DNA of 61,422 nucleotides, filler included, from Vannella sp. (Eukaryota): the NCBI GenBank assembly GCA_023345925.1. It is 4 parts of 4 records of this genome, joined end to end, with 100 filler letters (N's around TTAATTAATTAA, not from the genome) between each part and the next. Parts side by side here need not be neighbours in the genome. Positions count along the whole stretch, not along the records: positions 1 to 21,000 come from JAJQQN010000923.1; positions 21,101 to 38,792 come from JAJQQN010000456.1; 2 more parts are not named here. One strand, given 5' to 3'. Made by a program: the position numbers and the translations under genes. Within the stretch, counting starts at the first letter, position 1, and every line of letters starts with the position of its first letter. Below the pieces are notes generated by a model. That model worked only from the letters and a program-made list of their open reading frames with translations. It ran no database searches and was not told the origin of the DNA. Below, one piece after another: positions 11,960-25,259 of the stretch.

Positions 11960-13027
11960 ATGGGGAACATCGCGGAGTGCGGCGCTGGTGGAGACAAGGA
12001 CGCGGCCCGGCGAAACAAACAGATAGAGAATATGTTGGCAAAAGAACGGCGCTCTCAAGAAGAGGAGGTGAAGTTACTTCTCCTTGGCACTGGAGGCAGT
12101 GGAAAGAGCACCATCGCCAAGCAGATGAAAATCATCCACCTCGCAGGCTTTTCGGACGAGGAAAAGAGCGTCTTTCGTGGTATAGTATATCAGAACGTCA
12201 TCAACGCCATTCAAATTCTCATCACTGAGTCTGAGAAGAAGGATACAACACCTGAAGACGGTGCAGCCCGCAACCTCATCATGGGTGTCGCCCTCACCAG
12301 CGACGCCCCTGTTGTTTACACAACAACAGAAGCAGAAGCCGTGGAATCTCTATGGAGAGACTCTGTTATTCGAGCCACTTTCGCTCGTTCTCGCGAGTTC
12401 CAACTCGATGACTCCGCCAAGTACTTTCTTGACAACTGCACCAAGTTTGCCTCTCCAGACTACAAACCTGATGAGATGGACATCCTCCGTGCTCGGCTTA
12501 AGACCACTGGTATCGTAGAGATCTTCTTTGTGGTCAACAAGAAGAACTTTATACTCGTGGACGTCGGCGGGCAACGTAACGAGAGGAAGAAGTGGATTCA
12601 CTGCTTTCAAGACGTCACATCTATTATCTTCTGTGTTGCAATGAACGAGTACGACATGCTACTGGAGGAGGACAACGTAACCAATCGTCTGCAAGAGTCT
12701 CTGAAAGTGTTCGACGAAGTGTTGAACGCACAGTTCTTTGTGAACACTCCCATGATCCTCTTCCTCAACAAGAAGGATCTCTTTGAGGAGAAGATTGTTT
12801 CCGTGGACATGAGCTGTTGCTTCCCCATGTATGATGGAGGGTTAAGTTACGACAAGGCCTCTGAATACCTTGCAAAGAAGTTCAAGGATAAGAACATGAA
12901 CAAACGCCGTGACGTCATCTCCCACTTTACCATGGCCACGGACACCACCAACGTCCGCAAAATCTTCCGCGATGTGGAGGCCATGATCATGAAAGAGATA
13001 GCACGCGATGCAGGTTTCGAACTCTAA
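11960..13027 (+). CDS. Heterotrimeric G protein alpha subunit
   Basis: MGNIAEC myristoylation-type start at 11960. Motifs KLLLLGTGGSGKST, RLKTTGI, DVGGQRNERKKW, NKKD and ATDT. Intronless. Confidence 0.97.
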   Translation: MGNIAECGAGGDKDAARRNKQIENMLAKERRSQEEEVKLLLLGTGGSGKSTIAKQMKIIHLAGFSDEEKSVFRGIVYQNVINAIQILITESEKKDTTPEDGAARNLIMGVALTSDAPVVYTTTEAEAVESLWRDSVIRATFARSREFQLDDSAKYFLDNCTKFASPDYKPDEMDILRARLKTTGIVEIFFVVNKKNFILVDVGGQRNERKKWIHCFQDVTSIIFCVAMNEYDMLLEEDNVTNRLQESLKVFDEVLNAQFFVNTPMILFLNKKDLFEEKIVSVDMSCCFPMYDGGLSYDKASEYLAKKFKDKNMNKRRDVISHFTMATDTTNVRKIFRDVEAMIMKEIARDAGFEL

Positions 13028-13152
13028 TAGACCCAATACCATGTAATTTCCATCCCGTATGCCCGGAGCCATAAAGGCAAGCTTCCTCCTGACCAACAGA
13101 GAGAGAATGTCTTCATGGGTCGATACAAGTACATAAGATGCTATTACAACTG

Positions 13153-15437
13153 CTACTGAGGAGCGCCAGGAGGCTTAGGAGCTCCCTGCAGCTGCTTGGA
13201 CTTGAGTTCGCTCTTGATCATGCCCGTGTTGAGGCCGTGACCGACGGAAATGAAGCGGCGCAGTTTCTGAGCTTCAAAGTCCTCTTTGATTCTCTTTCCT
13301 GTGGCGCTCTCCATCATCATTCCCTGTCGCAAGGGTGAGCCAATCACCACCGTGAAGGACAAGGGGCACTTACCATGAGATTCTTTGGTTGCAAGCCTGA
13401 GCCGATCTCCACGTAGCGCCGAGGGTCATCTGCTACCTCACGACGGACATAGGACTGCTCTTCTATCTTGGCTTCCACTGGGAGAGTCTCAGGAGCCAGG
13501 GGAGACTCAGGAGCTAAGGGAGACTCGGGAGCCCTGGGGGGAGTCTCCGGGATCTCCACAATCTCGGGTACATCAGGGAAGCTTGAGTCAGCTCCTCCCA
13601 CTAGCTTGAGAAGGTCGTTGATTGTGGAGGTCTCTCGTTGAAGAGGAACCACTTTGGGAAGGTCCTCCTCTTCAGAAAACACATCCCCAGCTTCATCGTC
13701 ATCGTATGAGTCATCATAAGAGTCGTCCGTTTCATCGTCATCTCCTCGCCGACGAGAGCGCGCTTTCTCCTGCGATCCTCCATCCTTTGGGGTTGAGGCT
13801 TTCTCTGTGCTTGTTACCGTGACAGGTGCTTCCTGAGTGTGTGCCTTATGTGTTTCGGGAGTGGGAGTCCGTTGAATGTTCTCGTCCAACACGACCTCCT
13901 CAGTGCCCACCTCGGTGGGATGTATCACGATCGAAGGGATCGTCTTGAGCTTCCTCGGTGCGACCCGTTCTGTTATAGTAGCGCTCGGCGTGTCTCTGTC
14001 AGTGCCCTTTCCACTTATCTCTGCGTCCTCTTGCAGCTGTTTCTCCTCGCCTGTGTGTAAGGCAGGTGGAGAGAGCTCCCTTTCCTTTTGGCTTTCGATC
14101 ACTGGTACCTGTTCATCAAGTCCAGAGTCCGATTGTAACGGTGGTGACACCTCCGCGTGTGACAAGACCAAGTTATCGTCCGCATCAACTCCACGTTCGG
14201 GCACTTTAGCGTCTGTCGAGTCCAGGCTACCATCAAGAACTTCCTTTCTATAACCTTGATCTGAGATGTCTCTCTCCCCTGGCCCTGGACTAGATAGTGG
14301 AGTTGCAGTGTCTGACCTATCAGGGGACTGAGCACCGTTGGGTACTGCTGAGTGCTCGACAATGGTAGAGCCAGGAGGTGTGGGCTTCTCTAATGAGCGC
14401 TTAGAACGCTTCTTGACTGACCTGGTTCGTTGGCGAGACTTCTCGGGCTTCCTGTCCGACTTGGTCCGGGTCACCTTCGGTGCGGGCGAACCTTCTGAGG
14501 GGTCTGAGTTTGTGGGCTCCGTCAGATCCTTCGGTGAGAGGGGCTCTTGGTCTGTGGTGGAGGTCTTCTTGCCCTTAGGGCGTGTTTTCCTTCTCAGCCT
14601 CTCGATAAGAGAGATCTTCTCACTTGCCTCTGGAGCTGAGACAGGAGATGAAGGAGATGACTTTGGGGTTGAGCTTGGTACAGCTATAACAGCTCGGGTC
14701 GCTTGGTAACGAATGGGACCCTCTGGGCTGTCGTTTGTGTGCCCAATCACTTCCTCAGCAGGGCTTTCATCCTCCATGATCGCACCAGAGCTATTGGACT
14801 CCACAGAGAGCTCCATATCTGACAGGTCTGGTAGCACATCGTCGATACGGAGTGGTTTTGGAGGTCCTGGGGAATCAAGGAGGTCTGTGGAGGACATTAG
14901 TGAGTCTGCCATATCAAAGGAGCGCTGCGCCCTTCTTCGTTGTGTTTCAGGAGAGCTCTCTGGCTCTGATAGAGGCAGCTCTCGTTCTTCTGCCTCTGGA
15001 GGGAGAGGATTAGCGCTGACGTTATTATTCCGTTGTTCTGAAGGCTGCTCGCTCTGTGAGTCACTGGGATTGATGCCATGGCTTGAGTTGTATCCGCTAG
15101 CTACTGCTGATACCTTTGATTTGGTTGATGACGCATCAGAGCCCTTCCTTGGCTTGCGGGTTCCCCTCGACTTGGTCCTCTGCCCAGTGGGAGACTTGAC
15201 CGTCTTCTTCTTTGCATCAGTAAGGAGCTCAATCAGTTCTTCTTTGGTAAGAGAGGACAACTGCTCCCTTGAAAGGTCCTTGAATGATAGGTCACGGGTG
15301 GGTCCCCGACCTTCTCCAAAGCTCTCCTGCCTTTGGACCAAGGTCGATGAGCCCTCCGCCTTGTTAAAGTAGTTCTGCAGAGTCATTTGCGAGTGGGCGA
15401 GCTCATCCTCCTCCTCGAAGCTCTCCGAGGACGCCAT
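13153..15437 (-). CDS. Hypothetical largely disordered S/E/P-rich protein, 2 exons
   Basis: Long ORF 13344-15704 with likely ATG at 15437. Intron 13324-13373 joins it in frame to ORF 13153-13362. Confidence 0.7.
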
Positions 15438-16002
15438 CCCCACCAGACTCTGAAAGCGGGCCTCTCCAAAACTGCTCTCATCCACGACGATGAATGGTTT
15501 AAACCCACAAGTTGCAAATATCTTCTGCTTGATGATGGTTTCGCTTGGTCGACGAGATAATTCATAGCGAAGCCCTCTGCGAGTTTCCAAGGCAAGGATG
15601 CTTATTCTCCAAGTGAAGAGACATACAATGGTTGTCTTCGATCCCATTGACCTCCTCTTCATGGCACTTCGCTTGCCCTCCTGCGAAAGTGATCTCCCCA
15701 TCACCTAGAGATCACAAAATCCACCTTAAACCCCACCCCCTTCTCTGGCTGAGCACGAAAGACTGAAGGAACTGTAACGACAGGGCTTTTGTGACAACGA
15801 GGACCGTTACAGTTCCTTCAGTCTTCACTAGAGAGGTAACTTGGATACTCAGGATCGGCGGGACACGGCGCCGGGGGAAGATTTGGGAAGAGAGCTTGGT
15901 AATGGTAACTTGGATGTGGTTTGTTGAACACCAAAAGGGCGTTGAGAATCACAAAGTGGGAGGGAAGACATTCGGGCGCGAGAATATGGTCCCCACACAA
16001 CG

Positions 16003-16160
16003 AGAAAAGTCACGGGCGGCGAGGGCATTTCACCTCATTCGGGTCCTCTAAGCACGAGTTCTGCTCCTCTTCCCCTTCACTCGTGGATTTTCTCAAGATG
16101 GAGGTCGTCAGGGCAAACGCGAGTTCAGCCCCTTCATCCCCTTCACTCGTGGATTTTCTC
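16003..16160. repeat. Dispersed intergenic repeat copy A, containing an internal duplication of ccccttcactcgtggattttctc
   Basis: Blocks agaaaagtcacg..ggcatttc..ctcattcg..aagcac and agatggaggtc.tcagg..gcaaac.cgagt..ctcgtggattttctc are shared with 38518-38688. Confidence 0.75.
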
Positions 16161-16234
16161 GTTCTTCTTCAATGGAACTCGAACTCTTTCTGGTGCCAGT
16201 TTAATGAGTTGGAAGGAATCGGACCGGATGGATT

Positions 16235-16984
16235 TTATTTGGACCGGAAGAGACCCTCGATACTTTGGTAAGAGCCCTTGTGCACCTTCTTGTAGTAAAC
16301 TGCGCCCGCTACTCCGGCTGCAATGAGAATGGAGACCACAATCAGACAGAAGAACACTCCAATGATGATCCAGTTGATGCTGTACTGAGATCGGGGAGCT
16401 CCTTCGAGAGTGCAAGAGGATCCGATTTCGCTGTGGGTGTTGCGAATGCTTCCGTCGATGGTGACAGCGGAATGGCCGTTGAAGCGGATGACCACTTCGT
16501 CAGATTTGGTTTCTACGATGCAGTCCACAGCCAAGAAGTTCTTGTTTTTGGCTCCCGTCAAAGCAGAATTGAATGTGAGCTGCGACGCGTAGAAGTCACT
16601 TGGGCCTCGAACGAGAATGTTGGTTCCAGCTCCACCAGAGAAGCTGCATCCCTCCAAAGAGGCATTCGCCACTTTGTTGTCGAAAAGGATGTCTGAAGGA
16701 CCCATTGTCCTGGAATTGGGACTGCTGCATCTTGAAGAATTGAACATTATTAGCATAAATGGCTCCCCCCCTTAGTTGCTGAGTTACCTATAAACTGGCA
16801 GTTCCACATGAGAACTTCTTTGCAATCGAAAGCTGCCACGGCGCCAGCGGTTGTTGGGGAGTTCTTGGTGAAGTTGGAATAGCTGACTTTGACAGTGTCG
16901 ATGCCACGGAAGTGGAGAGGAGGGAGATCAGACTTTAAGCTGAGAGATACCGAGTCAAGAAGATACAGCAACGAGATAATCCAT
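16235..16984 (-). pseudogene. Type I membrane protein with pectin-lyase/POMP-like beta-helix repeats, frameshifted (pseudogene or sequencing error)
   Basis: FxxN motifs (SNFTKN, CQFIGNSATKGG). GGAIY is restored by removing one G from a G7 run near 16765-16771, with a second +1 G near 16702. C-terminal TM segment WIIIGVFFCLIVVSILIAAGVAGAVYYKK. Confidence 0.55.
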
Positions 16985-17238
16985 GAGCCTGGGCGACTGA
17001 TCACGTATTGGACGCAGAAAGTTGAAAACCTAAAAACATATAAAAATCCGATTCCATCCACTCAGCATCGATTTTGGACCCTTTTCGAAGGCCCTGCTTC
17101 CGCGGGTGGTCGCTGGCCTCTTGGATTTTTTCAACCCCGGAATCCTTAGGGCTTTTTAAAACTTTAGAGTCAAACCATCCCTGATTGGGAGGGAATTGAA
17201 TTTAACTTCCCAAGTTTTTTTGGCACTTTCCCTTCAGC

Positions 17239-20200
17239 ATGGCGCTTATGCGGCTTTGTCTCTTTGCTTTCCTCTTCTTCTTCTCCCAAGTTGAGGCTGG
17301 ATGTCCTGTTCAGTCGTACAATGGTACGTCGTATGACTTGAACCCTTTGCATCGCACTTCATCGTAAGAAACCTTCCCATTTCCGTTCACGGCAGTTCTG
17401 ACCATTCATTGCAGGAAAGGGGACTGGACTCTTAGTTCAGGTACCACTTACTACTTGAACTTCTGTGGCTCTACAGCTATCAAGTGTAGCTATCCATCGC
17501 AAGCCCTGTGCGAGTACGATGGTGTCCTGCCGAGTCGCTCCTGGTCTCTTGCCAATTACCCATCTGCCACCTATCAGCAGTATAGGAGCGGTTCTGAGTA
17601 CGGTATACAGATCAAGTACTCCTCTCAGGAGTACTGTTCCCGTACTGCGCCTCTGGTCACTTACGTCAACGTCATTTGTGACCAAAGTGGCTCTGATGGT
17701 TTTTTCACGAATGTTGTCACCAATGAAAAGGCTTGCACTGTTACTGCACGGTCAGTACCTCGATAGTGCGATGACGAGAACTGACAAAGAAGCCTTTAGC
17801 TTTCTGAGCATCCACGGTTGTGGCAAGCCAATCCTTCCCTCAACTACCCGAAGCCCCAGTAGATCACCAGCTTCTTCAGCATCTCAGCTCCCATCCAATC
17901 AGCCGAAACCCCCCGCTTCAAAGTTCCCACTGCTGAAGGGTGCCGAGCATCTCGGGTATGGCTTCAACATGTTTGCAAGCAATACCGTGAGCCAGTTTGT
18001 TGGCGCCCCATTGACCACACCGATCATCACTGGCTTCAAGTACTCTCAAAACAAGAGCTGGGTGACTTCCGAAGGGACCTGGAGCGTGCCAGACCAAGTT
18101 ACTGTCTTCAGTGGGACTCCTTCTGGGGCACAATCATTCTCCTACCAGAAGGTAGCTCGCTACTTTGATCAAGTGGCTGCAAGCTATGGACTCTCCGTAG
18201 ACTACGTGTGGCACCACATCCCAATCGGAGTGAGCGGCTTTTTCAGTAACATCGACCAGGCCCTCAGGAAATCTGGAGGAACCTTCACCTTTACCAAAGA
18301 AGAGATTCCCCTTTACTCACTCCGCACCATACCTGACCAGTCCCTTGAGAGCGCATTTGTAGCTGCAGTTCAAGATCTGACTGGAAATCCCTCTGATGCA
18401 AAGTGCCAGGCCTTTGTAGAGAAGTATGGAACCCACGTCCAAGTGGGACTCGAAATGGGTGGACTTCTTTGGATTGGAGGTGCAGTTGCTTCCCAAAGCA
18501 TGGTGAGACAGTCCAGCACAACAGTTGGCGTCAGCGGACATGTGGCTATGATCAGTTTAAAGCTTGATACTACCTTGAACCCGTATTCTGGGTTGAACCG
18601 CAATGTCCAGCCCGCGTGGGAATCTGATTTGAAGTCGGTGCGAGTCGGAGGTGACACTTCAATAAGGCAGCAAACCGGCTGGTACAAGCTCTGGGTTGAA
18701 TCCATTACCGGAAATCCCTCCAGGATTGGTTATCGTCTCGAATCAATCACCGAATACGTTTCTCAGGTGTCCACGAGCGCAGCCAAACGGCTATCTGATT
18801 ACATTGCGAAGAAGCTGTCTAACACACCTGATTCTAGTTATTCTGCTCCGGAATCGATGATTCATTTGAGCAGTGGACCAAGTACAAATGCTGGTAGCGG
18901 TCTGCTGAAAGGATTATCGGTTTGGTCAGATGATGACGATGATTTTTATCACAACCTTTGGTTTACTTGGGATTCTGATATTAAGGATGCGCCGATAACT
19001 TACTCCAAGCCATTAATGATCAGCTGGGCTCAGAGAAACACCTTTGGCAGCGCACCAAGAACTACAAATAATGTTGCAGAAGATCTACTGGCTACTCACC
19101 CTTTGCGGACTCTCTCTCTAATACAAAACTACGGGCAATGCGGAGGATATGCTTGCCTGCCAGGTCTTGAAACTTTGGGAAATGGATTTGATATCGTCAC
19201 CGGGGCCCTTTTGCTGCCAGCCTTCAATTGGACATATAATAACCACCAACTGTACACCAATCCCACTACGAAGAAGACTTACACTTTTCCAGATCAAGTT
19301 CACTTGAATCCAGACTCAAGCTCTTCCACCAGGACCTCAGTTTACAAGTCATTCGAAGAGTACTGCCGAAACGCAACGTACAATAGTGCCTCTGGGTGGA
19401 ATCTCCCCATCATCTCCTGGGGAAGCGAGACCCAAGCTATTGAAACGGCTTTTACCAAAGCACAATCGGTGCTGGCAGTGGCTTCCCAGCAGTACATCGC
19501 CTATGCGCTGAGAGTGCAATCACCCCTTCCATCTCCTGATCTGGTCAAAGCGTTTTCCAAGTTGCCAACCTCGTATGACTTCCAGATGTACCTCAAATTC
19601 ATCAAAAGATGGGGTACCCATGTGATCTCTGGTGCCAACTATGGAGGGAAAGCTCAGATGTACTCCATGCTCGATCAAAAGTACTACACCTCCAACAGTG
19701 AACAAGCCGTTGAAAGTGCATTGGGCGTTCAGTTCAAAAACTGGAAACTTGGCGTGCAATGGGGAACAGACAGTTCTTCTTCAAGCTATGAATTCAGTTC
19801 CGCCAGTTTCCAATGGATGAGCTTCTCTGGGGGCGACTCTCCATTAGCAATGACGAACTCATGGGACCAGTGGATCACATCCACAAAGTATGCTCCCGCT
19901 CAGGTCGCTCGTATTCTCTCTCCTATTTGGGAGCTTTTCACTGGGGTTCAGTCCAGTAATCTTGCAAAAGCCGTGAATCAATATTACCGAGAGTCTGATG
20001 AGAATTTGACCAAGCTACCTCCCGTTGCCATGTCCATGCAACTCGGATTGGACTTCTACTCAAACTCTGGCACCAGCATGTACGCTGATTCTGGGTCCAC
20101 CACTGCATGGAACCATAATGACGGGTTGGCTTCTGAGACAACTTACCTCACCGCCGGTGTGGAAAAAGCAGATGCCATTTGGAAGCTCCCAAAGGGAGCA

Positions 20201-20401
20201 ATGAATCCTGGGGTCATTCGGCCAGGAAACTGTCAGACCAGAGAAAACCCTGATCCTAGTGACCCAGAGCAGTTGTTCTGTCCCACTGATACGTGGTTTT
20301 ACAGCTTAGCTCGCCAACGGTGCGACGCAAAAGGAGGAGAAGGAGCTCCTAAAGACTGTTTCTCTGCCAAGAGCTACCAATGCTGCCAGCTTCTCTTCTA
20401 A
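17239..20401 (+). CDS. Secreted MRH-like domain + two tandem MACPF/perforin domains + Cys-rich C-terminus (about 1020 aa, 3 exons)
   Basis: Signal peptide MALMRLCLFAFLFFFSQVEA. Introns 17364-17414 and 17751-17799 keep frame. MRH-like YDLNPL..YYLNFC..C..SIHGC. MACPF signatures YGTHVQVGLEMGG (18425-18463) and WGTHVISGANYGG (19610-19648). Confidence 0.85.
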
Positions 20402-21000
20402 AAGATCATTCAAACTACTAAACTTGGGTCATGAATGGCTTTGAATGGTTCCCGTCTTGAGGGAAGAAGCTCCCTTCAGCCTCCATCGAGGGACTGCACA
20501 ATACGATAGTCCACGCTAAGGAAGTGGATCATTTGAGTTCCTCTGGAAAAGAGATTCAACCTTCAGAACCTGGAGAATTAGATAGAAGGCGGAATGATGA
20601 GGAACCCACTCATTCGGTTTCGTTTCAGCACTGATCGTTAAACGCCGTCGAGTGTGGGCGCAAACAGTGCGGTACCATGTCTTGAGGGATGGCTCAAACA
20701 GCCTCTTCATGTGGCCGGCATCTCAGAAATCAAAGGTCCAAGATTGTCCCCAGTCTCAGCAAGCTAATTCTTTCACACATGTTTACATCAAGAAAAACGA
20801 AGCGATTGAGAGATACAAGTTGACAAAAACGATAATTTGTTGTCCTCGGTTTGGACCAATCGGGAGCCAAATGGGAAGCAAGGATTAGTTCCTTTGAGAG
20901 GCTGCGGAAGGGCGCCATGAATTGCGTTCGAGGTGGGTGCAAAGAACCGGCCTCAATGGCACTCGGGATATGCACTAGGTGTACAAGTGGGCCGTATTGC

Positions 21001-21100
21001 NNNNNNNNNNNNNNNNNNNNNNNNNNNNNNNNNNNNNNNNNNNNTTAATTAATTAANNNNNNNNNNNNNNNNNNNNNNNNNNNNNNNNNNNNNNNNNNNN
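21001..21100. other. Artificial contig-joining linker N44-TTAATTAATTAA-N44
   Basis: 100-nt spacer with stops in all six frames; identical structure at 38793 and 48032. Confidence 0.97.
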
Positions 21101-21241
21101 TGTCACCTCTGTCTCTTCCGGCACGAACTCGCCCGCTTGACCTTCCTCTGCCAGTTGTTCTTCAATGTGCACCTCCTCTTGCAATGCTGAATCTGGTGAG
21201 AGACCGACGCCTCCCCTGGGACTGTCCCCGTCCTCGGACAT
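21101..21241 (-). CDS. 5' fragment of an acidic hypothetical protein, truncated by the contig end
   Basis: ATG at 21241 (MSEDGDSPRGG..EEVHIEEQLAEEG) runs open into the gap. Confidence 0.45.
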
Positions 21242-21586
21242 GAGAGAATGAAGAAGCTCTTGTTTACCCTCAATGATGCGGACAATTGCTTCTAAAACAT
21301 TCCTCTCACAAAGGAACGATCCACAACCGAGATCGAGATCTGGATCAAATCAATCGCTTTTCAACATTTTTGCGGCGATCGAGATGAATGCAGGGAAACT
21401 AAAAAATAACTCTTTAACCCCGATCTGAATCCCCATCAAGGGAGAAGCCTCAATAGCCTCGGAAGAACAGAAGTACCCCTTCGCCTGTGGTCAATACTCG
21501 ATCTGCCACCCTCTCGATCGATTCAAGGAACTTAAAATTCAAAAATCCGAAAATGGAATTTTGGGGACAGGACCACTCTTTTCCTC

Positions 21587-21892
21587 ATGTCTAACCCAGG
21601 CGACTGGACGTTCTACAGCGGTGTTCCTGTCAGCAGATTCACTTGGGTGAGCGAGAACCCTTCCGAACAGTTTGAAGATCACACAGACCGCTCTCTACTT
21701 CCCTCAATAGGACCAAACACGAAATGGAACTTCAAGCACTTTGTATCTGGACCCCCTGGAGGGCAGACTATCGTTCGTGTTAGACCCCCTCTCAGCACAC
21801 AAGAGGAAGAGCAGCAGAGGCTCTCCCATGCATGGCAATCCGACACACCAAGCGCTCCTCCGACAAGCGCTGAACCAGATATAAATACGTAA
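21587..21892 (+). CDS. Small hypothetical protein (101 aa)
   Basis: ATG-initiated ORF filling the intergenic space and convergent with RPT6; no recognised domain. Confidence 0.4.
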   Translation: MSNPGDWTFYSGVPVSRFTWVSENPSEQFEDHTDRSLLPSIGPNTKWNFKHFVSGPPGGQTIVRVRPPLSTQEEEQQRLSHAWQSDTPSAPPTSAEPDINT

Positions 21893-21925
21893 ACTTCCTT
21901 GGTCGTTTGGTGGTTGTATTCGACT

Positions 21926-23440
<1,515 letters not shown>

Positions 23441-23573
23441 GACGAGAGGGGAAGAGCAAATGAGGGGACGAGAAGAAGGAGGTATATAAACAGAAGTCCT
23501 GTTGGCTGTCAGCTAATGTACATTACAATGCGGAAGGCTCAAATGGACGGCAATGGGTGAGTTCCGTTGGCGC

Positions 23574-25107
23574 TCACTCGAACAGTGAAGCAGGGAACGA
23601 GCTTCGATGGCTTTGGGGAACGAGGACTTGTCGAGTTGGCACAGAAACGCCTCTAAGCTCCTCCTCTGTGAAGTTGAAGAGAGGAGGAAGGCTCCTAGAA
23701 GCGGCTGGGTTAGAAGGAGTGTCCTCTTGAGTGGAGAAAAGGACTCTTACCCTCCGTTGGGCAACTGGCTCTTCTCGTTGCGGAGTTCGTCAAAGAATGG
23801 GTGAGCACAAGCATCGAGAGGTTTGAATCGTTTCAGAGGCTCGTAGCAGAGAAGGTTGTTCAGCAGATCTACGACCTCAGGCGAGCATCTATCCCCGAGG
23901 ATGCTCTCCCAAGGCTTTGGCCCTCTTTGGGTGGAGAACTTGATCTCTCCGTTGTTGTCCTCGTTCATCAGATCGATCTGAGCGTCTGTGGGGGTCCCAA
24001 GGATCTTGACAATCTCAATTAACTGGCTGAAAGTGTTCTTGCCGGGGAACAAAGGGTCTCCCAACAAGATCTCTCCAAGCACGCATCCAGTGGACCACAT
24101 GTCTGCCTCTTGGTGGTGAGTTCGCTTGAAAGTCATGAAATAGGTTATCCTACCAATGGCTGTCGTGTACTTGGTAGCCTTCATGATCAACTCTGGTGCT
24201 CTGTAGTAACGAGAGCAGATGTACGCAACGCTCACTTCGCCAGGGACAAGATTCTTCGCACTTCCAAAGTCACATAGCTTAAGGACTCCAATGTCTGCAT
24301 TCACTAAGAGGTTCTGTGGCTTGATATCACGGTGGCAGATCCCCATCTTGTGGAGGTAGGACAAGGACCGGCATAGTTGATAAATGTAAAGCTATTAGAG
24401 CTTCTAGTCAGCATATCATTGCCATATTCACTTATAAGGCTTACCTTTACGAGTATCATTGGCATCTTGGTACGTCCTTTGCTGTATGCTTTGGTTGCTG
24501 CGTGGATGGTCTCGGGGACGTGTTCCATCACGAGCTGCAAGTAGACCTTGTCCTGAAGACATCCCCCGATTATTAGTAATTTGTCAGCAACGCGTGGGTT
24601 CCTGCAATCGAGGGGGGAACACGCGCTCTTTAAGGGTGCCTCCTCACCCTTTCGTTCGAGAAGAAGCTGTCTCTCAGTGCCACGATGTTAACGTGGTCTA
24701 GTTTTTGAAGGATTTGAAGTTCTCGGTTCTACCCGCCTCTGTGTTAGTCCTGGCGATCGGCTGGAGGAGGAAAGTTCGTGTTTGAGTTGGGGGTGTCGCC
24801 ACCATCCCAACCCACTTGAACCTTCAGGAACCAAAGGATCTGACCCTACCTTGAACCGTTGATCTTGCATGACCTTCTTAATGGCAACAATCGCGTGGTC
24901 ATTCTCGCAACGCGCGCGATACACAACACCAAAGGAGCCTCTCCCCACAACCTCCAGAGTAGTGTAGGTCTTCCCATTAGCCGTAATCGTTGATGAAAGG
25001 TGCCCCACTACAGGCGACCCAGCGTCAGTACTTCTCCACGAGACCGACCAGATACCGTTAGAGGCCCCAACGGTATCAGGGACACAGCCACATACACGAG
25101 AACTCAT
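23574..25107 (-). CDS. GSK3: Glycogen synthase kinase-3 / shaggy kinase, multi-exon (3' end approximate)
   Basis: [81 protein letters not shown]. Confidence 0.95.
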
Positions 25108-25259
25108 CTAAACCTCGTGAAGATCTGACTTTGCTCATCCTAGTGAATGAGGAAGTCACCCGTCCCTCGTTCCCAGCAGGAAGCCAAACAATGCCAAACA
25201 AGCAACGGACTTCCCTTCTGAGCGGTTCCGTCCAAAACAGCTAAAATCTATATTTTTTG

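Noticed and set aside
13839..15372. Long antisense ORFs opposite real genes (also 33001-33945, 25241-25975)
   Set aside because: Shadow ORFs of low-complexity or conserved coding sequence on the other strand.
17020..17230. Homopolymer-rich odd-composition tracts (also 21350-21580)
   Set aside because: They look like low-quality consensus or ordinary promoter DNA; no RNA gene or element could be supported.
20402..21000. Short minus-strand ORFs at the contig end
   Set aside because: Possibly a gene 3' fragment, but no domain or consistent splice model was found.
21001..21100. TTAATTAATTAA palindrome within N runs, three times
   Set aside because: Identical 100-nt six-frame-stop assembly linker, not a biological repeat. 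Gene order across it carries no information.
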